Origin: Candidatus Aldehydirespiratoraceae bacterium
GTDB lineage: Bacteria > Actinomycetota > Acidimicrobiia > Acidimicrobiales > Aldehydirespiratoraceae
Length of the DNA stretch: 64,000 nt
Direction of reading: 5' to 3'
Assembly (NCBI GenBank): GCA_965214565.1
Contig: OZ243951.1
Span: forward strand, 1,281,017 to 1,345,016
In this document: piece after piece, positions 1 through 9,179 of the stretch
How the letters are laid out: each line of letters starts with the position of its first letter
Position numbering within the stretch: the first letter of the stretch is position 1
The notes under the pieces: generated by a model
What the model was told of the DNA's origin: nothing
Seen by the model: only the letters and a program-made list of their open reading frames with translations
The model's database searches: none
Translations under genes and position numbers: made by a program

Positions 1-1516
1 CGGTCGCAGCGAGGCGGCTGAGGTACTCGGCGCTCAGGCGTTGATGGCAGAGGACCCGATGTTGGCCGATTCCGTCGCGGCGGGCGTTGAGGCCGGTGCG
101 ACTCTCGAGGAGGCGGTGACCAACACTTCTGCGGAGATCGCGGCCATGTTCGCCGCTATCGACGATCCTTACATCGCGGCCCGGGCGACCGATGTGGTGG
201 AGGTCACCGACCGGGTGCGGCGTCACCTTGCCGGGGTCGAGAGCACGGATCTGGGTGCTATCGAGGTTCCGTCGATCCTTGTGGCCACGGCGATCACCGC
301 GGCTGAGACCGCTCTGCTCGACCCGAAGGTGGTTCTCGGTTTCATCACTGAGGCCGGCGGCCCGACGAGCCATGTGGCGATCATCGCCCGGTCCTTGGGT
401 GTCGCCGCGGTGGTGGGTGCGACCGGTGTTGTCGAGATGGTGACCTCGGGCGATGTGGTGGCCCTCGACGGCACCAGCGGCGATGTGGCGATCCGCCCGA
501 ACGACGAGACCACAGCCGCTTTCACCGCTCGAAGGGACGCGTTCGCAGCCTCCCGGCAGGCCGCGGCCCGGTTCAGGGGGGTGCGGGTCAGTCTGGGGGA
601 TCGCCCGGTCGCCGTTCCGGCCAATGTCGGCTCGCGCGAGGACATCGAGTTGGCGATCGCCGAGGGTGCCGACGGCATCGGTCTGTTGCGCACCGAGTTC
701 CTGTTCCTTGACCGCGCGGCCGCACCGAGCGAAGAGGAGCAGTTCGAGTTCTATTCGCTGGCGGCTCAGGGGTTCGAGGACACCGTGGTCATTCGGACCT
801 TCGACATCGGCGGTGACAAGCCCGCCTCCTATCTCGACATCGACCCGGAGGAGAACCCGTTTCTCGGGGTGCGCGGCGCCCGTCTCTACTCCCAAGAGTC
901 GGACCTTTTCGACACCCAGGTGCGGGCGATTCTGCGGGCTGCGGTTCACGGTGACGTGTCGTTGATGCTGCCGATGATCTCCCATGTGGCTGAGATTCGC
1001 AGCGTGCGTGCCCAGATCAACGATGTGGCCCAGCAGCTCGCCGACGAGGGCGTCGCCCACGAGGTGCCGCCGATCGGCGTGATGGTCGAGGTGCCTGCGG
1101 TGGCTCTGGTGGCCGATGCGGTCGCTGCTGAGGTCGACTTCTTCTCGATCGGCACCAACGACCTCACTCAGTACACGATGGCCGCGGACCGCACCAACGG
1201 CGTTCTCGACGGCTTCCAGGATCCCCTGCACCCGGCTGTTCTGGCTCTGTGCAAGCTGACTGCCGACGCCGCTCATCGCAACGGGATCACTGTTTCTGTC
1301 TGTGGGCTGGCCGCCGCTGACCCCGCGGGTGCGGTGGTGCTCGCAGCTATGGGTATCGACAAGTTGTCGGTCAGCGCCCGGTCCGTCAACCCGACCAAGT
1401 CCGTCATCGATTCTCTCGAAGCCGCAACCGCTGAGCGTCTGGTTCAGCCGGTGCTCGCCGCGGCGAGTGCGCAGGAGGTGCGGGAAGTCGTTCGTTCCGA
1501 GAGCTCGGTGGCGTGA
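1..1516 (+). CDS. ptsI: PEP-protein phosphotransferase (PTS enzyme I), 5' end outside window
   Basis: The frame is open from nt 2 with no stop before the listed TTG at 41. It has the phospho-His motif 'GGPTSHVAIIARSLG' and the PEP-utilising C-terminal region 'FFSIGTNDLTQY'. Its stop overlaps the next start (GTGA at 1513-1516). Confidence 0.9.
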   Translation, partial: GRSEAAEVLGAQALMAEDPMLADSVAAGVEAGATLEEAVTNTSAEIAAMFAAIDDPYIAARATDVVEVTDRVRRHLAGVESTDLGAIEVPSILVATAITAAETALLDPKVVLGFITEAGGPTSHVAIIARSLGVAAVVGATGVVEMVTSGDVVALDGTSGDVAIRPNDETTAAFTARRDAFAASRQAAARFRGVRVSLGDRPVAVPANVGSREDIELAIAEGADGIGLLRTEFLFLDRAAAPSEEEQFEFYSLAAQGFEDTVVIRTFDIGGDKPASYLDIDPEENPFLGVRGARLYSQESDLFDTQVRAILRAAVHGDVSLMLPMISHVAEIRSVRAQINDVAQQLADEGVAHEVPPIGVMVEVPAVALVADAVAAEVDFFSIGTNDLTQYTMAADRTNGVLDGFQDPLHPAVLALCKLTADAAHRNGITVSVCGLAAADPAGAVVLAAMGIDKLSVSARSVNPTKSVIDSLEAATAERLVQPVLAAASAQEVREVVRSESSVA

Positions 1517-3021
1517 GCGTCGACATCGACACGAGGGTCATCCGGATCACACGCTGGCTCGTCGACCAGGACCGACCGAGAAGTACCGCGGATCTCGCTG
1601 CTGAACTCGGCTTGAGCCAGCGGGTGGTTCGTTATCGGCTCGACCAGGTTCAGCACTACCTCCGCGACAAGGGTGCCGAGCTGATTCGCCGACAGGGTCT
1701 CGGGCTGGCGATCGAGGCGACCGAAGACCTGCGCCGACAGATCCGCGATGATCTGTTGTCGCGTCCGCAGGCCCCTCGGGTATATGCCCCCGAGGAGCGG
1801 GCTCGGCTGCTGTTGGCAGCTTTGCTGTGGGCAGCGCCGGGGTTGACTTCTCTCGAGGAGTTGCACGACGAGTTGGAGGTGTCGAAGACTTCGGCTCGTC
1901 GGGATCTGCATGCATGCGAGTCCTGGCTCGAGCGCAACAGCCTGCCGCTTGTCCGACGGGCCGGCAGGGGGATCTCGGTGGTCGGTTCTGAACGCCGGAT
2001 TCGCCGGGTGATGGTGCAGTTCACACTTGAGTCGGTCCCTGAGGACGTCCTGCGGGCACAGATGGCTGACGACCTCCAAGCTCGTGAGCAGTCTTCGTTT
2101 CGTGTGCCGGTGGGGCTTCGGGAGCGGTTGTTTGTTCTGCCGCTGGCAGAGACTTCGGCGATCGTGCGGCGCAGCACACTTGGCAAGACTCTCACGTCCG
2201 GCCGAAGCGATGTTGTGTTTGCCCTGTTCCTGGCTGTGTCGATCAGCCGTCTGTGGGACGGTCATCGGGTTGTGATGGAGACCGGGCTGCACCGTTCGGT
2301 CATGGACCACCCGGTGGCATCCAGCGTCTTGGGCATGGTTCCCGATATTGAGCAGATCCTCGGGTTTGAACTGCCGACGGAGGAGGTCGCGGCCATCACG
2401 GAGTACCTGCTCGGTCTCGACGCCCTCGATGCGGTCTCCACCGAGTCGCTGCCGATCACCAAGCATCTGCTTGACAAGGTGATCGAAACCGCAGGTGAAC
2501 GGTTGCATGTTGCCTTGGGTGAGGATCGGGAACTGAGGCGGAGCCTGGCTCTGCATCTTGGCCGGTTGAGCGTCCGGCTCCGTCACGGCCTGCCGATTCA
2601 CAACCCGTTGCGGGGAGAGGTGTCAAGCCGCTATCCGGACGTGCATTCGGTTGCCGCCGACATCGCCACGCTGGTCGAAACGGAGATGGGCGTGTCGATC
2701 AATGACGATGAGGTCTGTTTCATCACCATGTACCTCGCCGGGGCGATGGAGCGTGCCCAGTTGCGCCCGCGTCGCAAGGCTCTGGTGGTGTGCCCGAGCG
2801 GTATGGCGACGGTCTGGGTTCTGGTCTCTCGGATCAAAGCGGAGTTCCCGGAGCTCGAACTTGTGGAGGTGCTCTCAGAACGGGGTTACGAGGCGTTGAG
2901 TCACGATCAGTTCGACCTGGTAATCAGCACGATCACACTTCCGGAGATCAACGCTCCCGTGGTTGTTGTGAGCCCTCTGCTGTCCGCATCAGACGTGGCC
3001 CGAGTCGCCCGCTATACCTAA
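1513..3021 (+). CDS. PRD-domain PTS-operon transcriptional regulator (BglG/MtlR-like)
   Basis: 502 aa with an N-terminal wHTH-like 'TADLAAELGLSQRVVRYRLDQV' and a central PRD-like region. The C-terminal EIIB-like segment is 'KALVVCPSGMATVWVL'. It is translationally coupled to ptsI and lies in a PTS context. Confidence 0.7.
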   Translation: MSVDIDTRVIRITRWLVDQDRPRSTADLAAELGLSQRVVRYRLDQVQHYLRDKGAELIRRQGLGLAIEATEDLRRQIRDDLLSRPQAPRVYAPEERARLLLAALLWAAPGLTSLEELHDELEVSKTSARRDLHACESWLERNSLPLVRRAGRGISVVGSERRIRRVMVQFTLESVPEDVLRAQMADDLQAREQSSFRVPVGLRERLFVLPLAETSAIVRRSTLGKTLTSGRSDVVFALFLAVSISRLWDGHRVVMETGLHRSVMDHPVASSVLGMVPDIEQILGFELPTEEVAAITEYLLGLDALDAVSTESLPITKHLLDKVIETAGERLHVALGEDRELRRSLALHLGRLSVRLRHGLPIHNPLRGEVSSRYPDVHSVAADIATLVETEMGVSINDDEVCFITMYLAGAMERAQLRPRRKALVVCPSGMATVWVLVSRIKAEFPELELVEVLSERGYEALSHDQFDLVISTITLPEINAPVVVVSPLLSASDVARVARYT

Positions 3022-3100
3022 TGCTGCACCCACCGTCAGCGGTCGCCACCATAGTCGACCCGGAGCGCCCGTTGATACCGAATGCCAGTCTGGCCGGCCC

Positions 3101-4606
3101 TCAGGCACCCTCATAGAGACGCTGAAGGTCGACGAGTTCCACATCAGGCCGGACAGCAGCGGCGGCGGTCAATTCTGGGGTGAAGCCTTCGGCGGAGAAC
3201 AGCAAGCGCTTCGCAGTGGGAGACAAGGTGACCCCCGAGCGGCCTGCCAGAAGATCTCCCAGACGGTCCAGGCGGGTCAGGGCGTCACCGCCGATCCGGT
3301 AGGACTTGGCCTCCCCGATCAGCTGGACGGTCTTGGTCTTCCCTTCAATACGGCCGCGCCGCAGCGCCGCCACGTCCAGCTCGAATGCCTGGCGTCGACG
3401 ACGGTCGTTCACCTGCAACGAAGCCGCTGTGTCGGCGGGGCCGCCCAGGGTCTCCTCTTGTGCATAGTGGTCTACCCAATAGCGACACATCGACTCGAAA
3501 TGGGGGCCGACGATCTGGGAGCGGTAGGTAGCTTCTGCGTCGGCCCACACCTCAAGGGCACGGCGGTCTTCCAGCCGGGCACGATGCCGTCGGTTGATCA
3601 GGTGATGAAAGCGCACAATCGGGTCGGCGATCCGGTAGACCGGTCGCCGGTCGGCCAGCAGGTCCTCGTGGCGGACGACGAATCCAGCGGTTGTCATCAC
3701 CCCTAGGTGGTGGCTGATCTCATTGGAAGTCCTGCCCACCGCCTCGGCAATTTTCGCCGGTGATGTCCGCCCGTGGGCCACCGCCTGAAGCATGGAGTAG
3801 TAGGCAGCCTCGTCGGTGACCCGGGGATCTTCTCGGAGAAGATAGTCGTCCTCCCGAAACAAGACATGCGACGGGTTCAACACCGTGGCAGCCAGCCATT
3901 GCGGCAGGTGCTCACAACGAGATGGAATCCCAGCGTCGGCAGTCAGGTCTTTGTAGCCGGCAACCCCGCCCACAACGGTGTCTACCGCAAATGCCGCGTC
4001 TAGTTCTCCGATTCCCCAATAGCCCCGCGCCTGCCGGTAGTCGAAGGCCGTCAGCGGCATATCCAGCGTCGCTCGGCCTCGCAGGGGCGATGTCCCACTC
4101 AAGATCTGGGCCATCACCGACATGGCCGAACCGCACAAGACAACACTCACCGGCGCTGTCCACATCTCATCGAGGCCTCCGGCCCCGGCTTCGTCCATTA
4201 CGGCCTGTAGCGCAGAATCCAACTCTGGGCTGTTCTGCCGGAGGTAGGGGTATTCATCGATTACCAATACCTGCGGTTGTGTTCCCCGCGTGCCCAGCAC
4301 GCTCACTGCCTGCGCCATGGCATCACGCCAGTCCCGGAACGGCTGAGATGGCGCCCATTGAAGCTGCCGACTGAGGCTCTCGGCGAACCGGCCCAGAGAA
4401 GGCCGGCGCTCCTCCCGCAGTGACAAGTGGTATACCCCGCCTGTGGCTTCTACCAGGCGGCGCAGAAGATAGCTCTTACCATAGCGGCGTCGGCCGTACA
4501 CGATCCCCAACCGAAGGCCCGGCCTTGGCGAAAGGACGAAACGCGACAAGTCTGCCCACTCGTTCTCGCGGTCGTAGAGGCTCTCCGGTCTCGTTGGCAT
4601 GTGCAC
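3101..4606 (-). CDS. ATP-binding protein, archaeal-type AAA ATPase with DUF234-like C-terminal region
   Basis: 501 aa with Walker A 'GRRRYGKSYLLRRL' and Walker B-like 'VLVIDEYPYL'. The C-terminal region is wHTH-like. The family call is by recollection of domain architecture only. Confidence 0.65.
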   Translation of the reverse strand: MHMPTRPESLYDRENEWADLSRFVLSPRPGLRLGIVYGRRRYGKSYLLRRLVEATGGVYHLSLREERRPSLGRFAESLSRQLQWAPSQPFRDWRDAMAQAVSVLGTRGTQPQVLVIDEYPYLRQNSPELDSALQAVMDEAGAGGLDEMWTAPVSVVLCGSAMSVMAQILSGTSPLRGRATLDMPLTAFDYRQARGYWGIGELDAAFAVDTVVGGVAGYKDLTADAGIPSRCEHLPQWLAATVLNPSHVLFREDDYLLREDPRVTDEAAYYSMLQAVAHGRTSPAKIAEAVGRTSNEISHHLGVMTTAGFVVRHEDLLADRRPVYRIADPIVRFHHLINRRHRARLEDRRALEVWADAEATYRSQIVGPHFESMCRYWVDHYAQEETLGGPADTAASLQVNDRRRRQAFELDVAALRRGRIEGKTKTVQLIGEAKSYRIGGDALTRLDRLGDLLAGRSGVTLSPTAKRLLFSAEGFTPELTAAAAVRPDVELVDLQRLYEGA

Positions 4607-4728
4607 TCACCGGCTCCATTCATATAAGTATAGTTATTAGAACTCTACTTACTATTATCAGGGTAACCCTAGATGTCAAGTTCCCTGCTGTCCGAATCCG
4701 ACAGTTGCCTGAGTCGGACCACACCTGA

Positions 4729-4767
4729 TCCTTGAAAATAATGTATGACATGGTGGATTTTCAAGGA
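4729..4767. promoter_or_regulatory. Perfect 10-bp inverted repeat (TCCTTGAAAA-N19-TTTTCAAGGA) 12 nt upstream of the 4780 start
   Basis: Read directly: 4729-4738 'tccttgaaaa' and 4758-4767 'ttttcaagga', inside a strongly AT-rich spacer (4607-4779) in otherwise GC-rich DNA. Confidence 0.35.
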
Positions 4768-4779
4768 TAAACTAAGCGG

Positions 4780-5943
4780 ATGCAGTTGATTGACCGTACT
4801 GTCGACGCCCAGAACCTGCGCGAGGCGATGGCTCACGCACCAGTGACCTTGTTGACTGGCCCTCGCCAAGCAGGGAAGTCCACACTGGCCCGTGAGACCA
4901 TCACCTCGTCGGCGGCAGCGTTCTTCGACCTTGAGGACCATCGCGACCTCGCTCGTTTAGCCGAGCCTACGCTGGCACTGCGCGACACCGGCGAGACGAT
5001 CGTGATCGACGAGGCCCAGCGGATGCCCGAACTGTTTCCGACGCTTCGGGTCCTCGTCGACGAGGACCGTCGCCCAGGCCGCTTCGTTGTGCTTGGCAGC
5101 GCATCGCCCGATCTCATCGGCCTGGGTTCGGAGTCGTTGGCCGGTCGAGTCTCCTTCGTCGAGTTGGGGGGGTTGCGGCTGTCCGATGTGGGAGCGCACC
5201 GACTCGATGATCTCTGGTTGCGCGGCGGCCTGCCCGAGTCGTTCCTGGCTCCGGTTAACGAGGTGTCGAACCGTTGGCGCGACGACTACATCTCTACGTT
5301 CCTCGAGCGCGACCTGGCCAATCTCGGCTTCCGTTTCCCCGCCACGACGATGCGGAGGTTCTGGACGATGTTGGCCCACTACCACGGGCAGACCTGGAAC
5401 AGCGCCCGAATCGCCCGATCAATCGACGTGTCGGAGTCCACTGTGAGGCGTTACATCGACGCCCTCACCGACGCTCTGGTCGTTCGCCAACTGCCCCCGT
5501 GGTTCGCCAACATCTCCAAGCGTCAGGTCAAGTCGCCGCGGGTCTACATTCGCGATTCGGGTCTGCTGCACCGGCTGCTGGGCATCGCCTCCATGGTCGA
5601 CCTGGAACGCTCACCGATGCTGGGCGCCAGTTGGGAGGGCATGATCCTCGAACAGCTCCTGACAAGGTTCACCCCCGCCGACCCCGCCTACTGGTCGACT
5701 CACGGAGGCGCCGAACTCGACCTGCGCCTGGAGATCGACGGACGAATCCTCGGCTTCGAGATCAAGCGTACCACCCGCCCGGCGGCCTCAAAGTCGATGC
5801 ACAGCGCCTTGGCCGACCTCCGCTTAGACCACCTATTCCTAGTCCACGCCGGCCCCCACAGCTTCCCCCTCACCGACCACATCACCGCCAGCACCGCCAC
5901 CGACCTCCTCACCGGAGACGCACCTCTCGCCGAACTGTTCTGA
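4780..5943 (+). CDS. AAA ATPase with DUF4143-like C-terminal domain
   Basis: 387 aa with Walker A '[13 protein letters not shown]' and Walker B '[11 protein letters not shown]'. The C-terminal 'GGAELDL...EIKRT' resembles the nuclease-like DUF4143 region. Confidence 0.7.
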   Translation: MQLIDRTVDAQNLREAMAHAPVTLLTGPRQAGKSTLARETITSSAAAFFDLEDHRDLARLAEPTLALRDTGETIVIDEAQRMPELFPTLRVLVDEDRRPGRFVVLGSASPDLIGLGSESLAGRVSFVELGGLRLSDVGAHRLDDLWLRGGLPESFLAPVNEVSNRWRDDYISTFLERDLANLGFRFPATTMRRFWTMLAHYHGQTWNSARIARSIDVSESTVRRYIDALTDALVVRQLPPWFANISKRQVKSPRVYIRDSGLLHRLLGIASMVDLERSPMLGASWEGMILEQLLTRFTPADPAYWSTHGGAELDLRLEIDGRILGFEIKRTTRPAASKSMHSALADLRLDHLFLVHAGPHSFPLTDHITASTATDLLTGDAPLAELF

Positions 5944-6339
5944 AGTGGTCAGGCCGATCGGTCCTGAAGTTGTCGGGGGGTGTTCTTGGAACACCGCGAT
6001 ATCGCGCTCCGTCACAATGTGTGGCCTGTTATCAGCGCAGACAGGCTGCCTGAGCCCAAAGCTCCAGAGGTTGAGGTCAGCCCCTCTTCTTGTTCGCATC
6101 TGACATGGCCGGACTTGCACGCGACATCCAACCTCGTCCAATAGAGGCAGTCCGAGGTCTGGGAAGCTCAAGTGTCGACTCCGAGCAGGCCTTCGGCACA
6201 GAAGTTCAGAGCCGCGCCATCGGCGGGCAGAAGCGCCGATTTGTCATATCCTCCTATTGCCGTATTGGCAGTAGCGAAGCATGACGGCCATGTGACATGT
6301 TTACGTCAGCATTACGAAAAATAGGGGGAGGACCCGCGC

Positions 6340-7485
6340 ATGCAACGTATTCAACGTATCGGCGGTTTTCTGTCCAGCATGGTCATTCCGAACATCGGAG
6401 CGTTCATTGCTTGGGGCTTGATTACCGCTCTGTTCATTCCACCCGGGTGGCTTGAGAAGACCGGGCTTGACTGGGATTGGGATACCATCACAGGCAACAC
6501 GGTCGGCCCGATGATCAAGTATCTGTTGCCGCTGCTTGTGGCCTATACGGGCGGCAAGTTGATTCATGGGCACCGGGGTGGTGTGCTCGGAGCTGTCGCC
6601 GTCATGGGTGTTATCGGTGGCGCAAACTTCGAGATCACCGTCGGTGGCGATGTGATCGGTGGTGATCCCCCGCAGTTCCTCGGAGCCATGCTGGTCGGAC
6701 CCCTCGCCGGTTGGGTGATGCGAGAAGTCGACAAGATGCTCGAACCTCGCACTCCAGCGGGATTCGAGATGCTGGTCAACAACTTCTCACAAGGCATCTC
6801 CGGGCTCTTCTTGGCCATGTTGGGATATCGAATCATCGGCCCGATCATGAGCAACATCGCTGAGGCGTTCGGCGACATGGTGGAGAGCATCGACGATTCC
6901 GGTCTGCTGCCGCTGGTCGACTTGCCCATCGAGGTTGCCAAGGTGTTGTTCTTGAACAATGCCATCAACCACGGTGTGTTGACGCCGCTCGGTACGACCG
7001 ACGTGGGCGAGACAGGGCGTTCGGTGTACTACATGCTTGAGTCCAACCCAGGGCCGGGCCTTGGTCTACTGCTCGCCTACTGGTTCGCTGGCAAGGGGCT
7101 TGCCAAGCTCTCCGCACCCGGCTCGATCATCATCCACTTCTTCGGTGGCATCCATGAGGTGTACTTCCCGTACGTGCTCATGAACCCGGTGATGATCGTG
7201 GCAATGTGGGCGGGAGGCATCAGCGCCGACATCATCTTCACGATCTTCGATGCCGGATTGACGGGGCCACCTTCTCCAGGAAGTATCTTCGCCTACTTCA
7301 CGTTCACGCCGTCTGACGGGGCTGCGGCATTCGGTGTATATGCCGGGATCGCAGTCGGAGCAGCCGCCGCATTCTTTGTGGGCAGTATCTTGCTACGACT
7401 GTTCCCCGTGAGGGACATGACTGACGCCGACGACGAGAGCGACGACATGGCCGACGCCATGGCCGGCGTGCCAGGCATCTCATAG
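6340..7485 (+). CDS. PTS mannitol-family EIIC membrane component
   Basis: 381 aa, polytopic. The N-terminus 'QRIGGFLSSMVIPNIGAFIAWGLITALFIP' is typical of MtlA EIIC. SD 'gggggag' sits at 6324-6330. Confidence 0.8.
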   Translation: MQRIQRIGGFLSSMVIPNIGAFIAWGLITALFIPPGWLEKTGLDWDWDTITGNTVGPMIKYLLPLLVAYTGGKLIHGHRGGVLGAVAVMGVIGGANFEITVGGDVIGGDPPQFLGAMLVGPLAGWVMREVDKMLEPRTPAGFEMLVNNFSQGISGLFLAMLGYRIIGPIMSNIAEAFGDMVESIDDSGLLPLVDLPIEVAKVLFLNNAINHGVLTPLGTTDVGETGRSVYYMLESNPGPGLGLLLAYWFAGKGLAKLSAPGSIIIHFFGGIHEVYFPYVLMNPVMIVAMWAGGISADIIFTIFDAGLTGPPSPGSIFAYFTFTPSDGAAAFGVYAGIAVGAAAAFFVGSILLRLFPVRDMTDADDESDDMADAMAGVPGIS

Positions 7486-7581
7486 CGGGGCCTGAAGTCT
7501 GACATTTGTTGTGGGGTGGTCCGGCCGAAACTGGACCGCCCCACAACATGAGTACGACCACAAGACACTGGAGGGACCGAC

Positions 7582-7911
7582 GTGACAGAACGCGTGACCA
7601 AGCAGGCCGACGAGATCAAACTCATCGTCTACGCCTGCGAGGCTGGTATGGGCAGCAGCTTGATGGGCGCCAACCAGCTCAAAAAGATGGTGAAGAAGGC
7701 GAAGCTCGACATCAACGTCGTGCATTCACCTGTGGGCCAGTTGACAGACGCAGCCGATGTGGTGGTCGTCCACAAGGGTCTGGCCAAACAAGCCAAGGCC
7801 AAAGTTCCGGGGGCAGCGATCATCCCGTTCACGCTGTTCATGAACGACCCGGCCGTGAAGGCACTGGTCTCGAACCTGACCTCGGGCGAGCCAGTCGTTT
7901 CCGCAATGTGA
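7582..7911 (+). CDS. PTS EIIB component (mannitol type)
   Basis: 109 aa with a GTG start and SD 'ggaggg'. The active-site Cys context is 'IVYACEAGMGSSLMG'. Confidence 0.75.
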   Translation: MTERVTKQADEIKLIVYACEAGMGSSLMGANQLKKMVKKAKLDINVVHSPVGQLTDAADVVVVHKGLAKQAKAKVPGAAIIPFTLFMNDPAVKALVSNLTSGEPVVSAM

Positions 7912-7919
7912 GTTGACTG

Positions 7920-8375
7920 ATGGACGACTCGCTCTCCGCCGTTCTCACTCCCGATGACATTGTTCTCGGTCATCATTCCGATTCGATGAACGAGGCCATT
8001 GAGCACGCTGGCGGACTGCTGGTGGCGCGAGGGTCGATCTCCGACGAGTACATCGACGGGATGAAGCAGCGCGAGACCAAGGTTTCGACCTATCTGGGCA
8101 ACGGTGTCGCTCTGCCTCATGGAGTGCTTGAGAGCAAGGAATACATCCGTTCCACGGGGATCGTGGTGGTTCAGCACCCTGCCGGGGTCGACTGGCAGGC
8201 GGGAACCGCCCATCTGGTTGTGGGCCTGGCCGCGGTCGGCGACGACCATGTGCGGGTGCTCTCCCAGCTTGCCGAGGTCCTCCAGGACGAGGACCTGTGC
8301 GAGACGCTCTGGCGCACCACCGACGCCCAGTTCCTGTACGACTGCCTCACCGCTGACCCTGACGACGACGACTAG
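7920..8375 (+). CDS. PTS EIIA component (mannitol/fructose type)
   Basis: 151 aa with the phosphorylatable His context 'GNGVALPHG'. Confidence 0.8.
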   Translation: MDDSLSAVLTPDDIVLGHHSDSMNEAIEHAGGLLVARGSISDEYIDGMKQRETKVSTYLGNGVALPHGVLESKEYIRSTGIVVVQHPAGVDWQAGTAHLVVGLAAVGDDHVRVLSQLAEVLQDEDLCETLWRTTDAQFLYDCLTADPDDDD

Positions 8376-8402
8376 ACAACCTTTGACCTCTGGGGGGACC
8401 GA

Positions 8403-8660
8403 ATGGACCGTGAGATCATCATTACCAATCCGCAGGGTCTCCATGCACGCCCTGCATCTGCTCTTGTTGAGCAGATGAAATCCTTCGACGCGAAAGTGAG
8501 CGTCGAGGTTGGTGCAAAGTCCGCAAATGCAGCGAGCATCATGAGCGTGCTTGCCCTCGGTGCAACGACCGGCGACACCGCCCGGGTGACCGCTGAAGGC
8601 GCCGATGCGCAAGCCGCTCTCGATGCCGTTGAACTGATCCTGACTTCGGAGGACGACTGA
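8403..8660 (+). CDS. ptsH: Phosphocarrier protein HPr
   Basis: 85 aa with the His-15 motif 'NPQGLHARPAS' and the Ser-46 region 'KSANAASIMSVLALG'. Confidence 0.9.
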   Translation: MDREIIITNPQGLHARPASALVEQMKSFDAKVSVEVGAKSANAASIMSVLALGATTGDTARVTAEGADAQAALDAVELILTSEDD

Positions 8661-8661
8661 A

Positions 8662-8976
8662 ATGGCTCGATTGAATCACGATGCTCTCAGTGAGGCTGTA
8701 AGTACCGCCGTGGGCGCAACACCAGACCCGAGCGGCGAGGCTGACCTTGTGTTCGACAAGGGTTCGATCAAGGGTTCCATCATTGTGGCCTCTGAGACAG
8801 GGGATCTGAAGGGCGCCTTCAAGCGGGCCAAGAAGATCAACGGCTACCGCTGGGTTGCGATCAACCGCGAGGATCTGTTCGGTGCCAATCCCTTGTCTCT
8901 GGGTTCCAAAGCAGGGATTCTCGACGCTGCTGGCAAGGTCCTAAAGAACGCCGACACCCCTCGCCGCAAGGTCTGA
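8662..8976 (+). CDS. Hypothetical protein (2 nt after ptsH stop)
   Basis: 104-aa ORF tightly following HPr. I recognise no family. Confidence 0.35.
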   Translation: MARLNHDALSEAVSTAVGATPDPSGEADLVFDKGSIKGSIIVASETGDLKGAFKRAKKINGYRWVAINREDLFGANPLSLGSKAGILDAAGKVLKNADTPRRKV

Positions 8977-9011
8977 GCCTCCTAGTCGTTCAGGGAGAGC
9001 GTACGGATACC

Positions 9012-9058
9012 AGTAGCGCTCACGCTACTGAGAGGAAATATTCGCTACTCTCAGTAGA
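9012..9058 (+). promoter_or_regulatory. Two overlapping (mutually exclusive) hairpins between the PTS operon end and gmaS
   Basis: Hairpin 1 is 9012-9019 'cagtagcg' with 9024-9031 'cgctactg'. Hairpin 2 is 9026-9035 'ctactgagag' with 9049-9058 'ctctcagtag'. The two share nt 9026-9031. Confidence 0.3.
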
Positions 9059-9179
9059 CGCGCCCTGATTGATAGTGCTACGGTCGCCCCACGCCTGCAG
9101 AAGCTGACACCGCGGCGCTCGCCAACGCACCCCGGCCACGCCCACGCAGGTCGTACATTCATTTTCAATTGGGGGAGAC

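Noticed and set aside
1444-2601. Long antisense ORFs opposite well-supported genes (1444-2601, 7629-8612, 9165-10103, 14405-15136, 15305-16072, 16320-17438, 18742-19761, 19783-20478, 24321-25526, 28233-28952, 28959-29897, 57159-57944)
   Set aside because: Each lies opposite a gene with clear family motifs. None has a recognisable domain, and all have biased Arg/Gly/Pro/His composition. These are GC-driven open frames.
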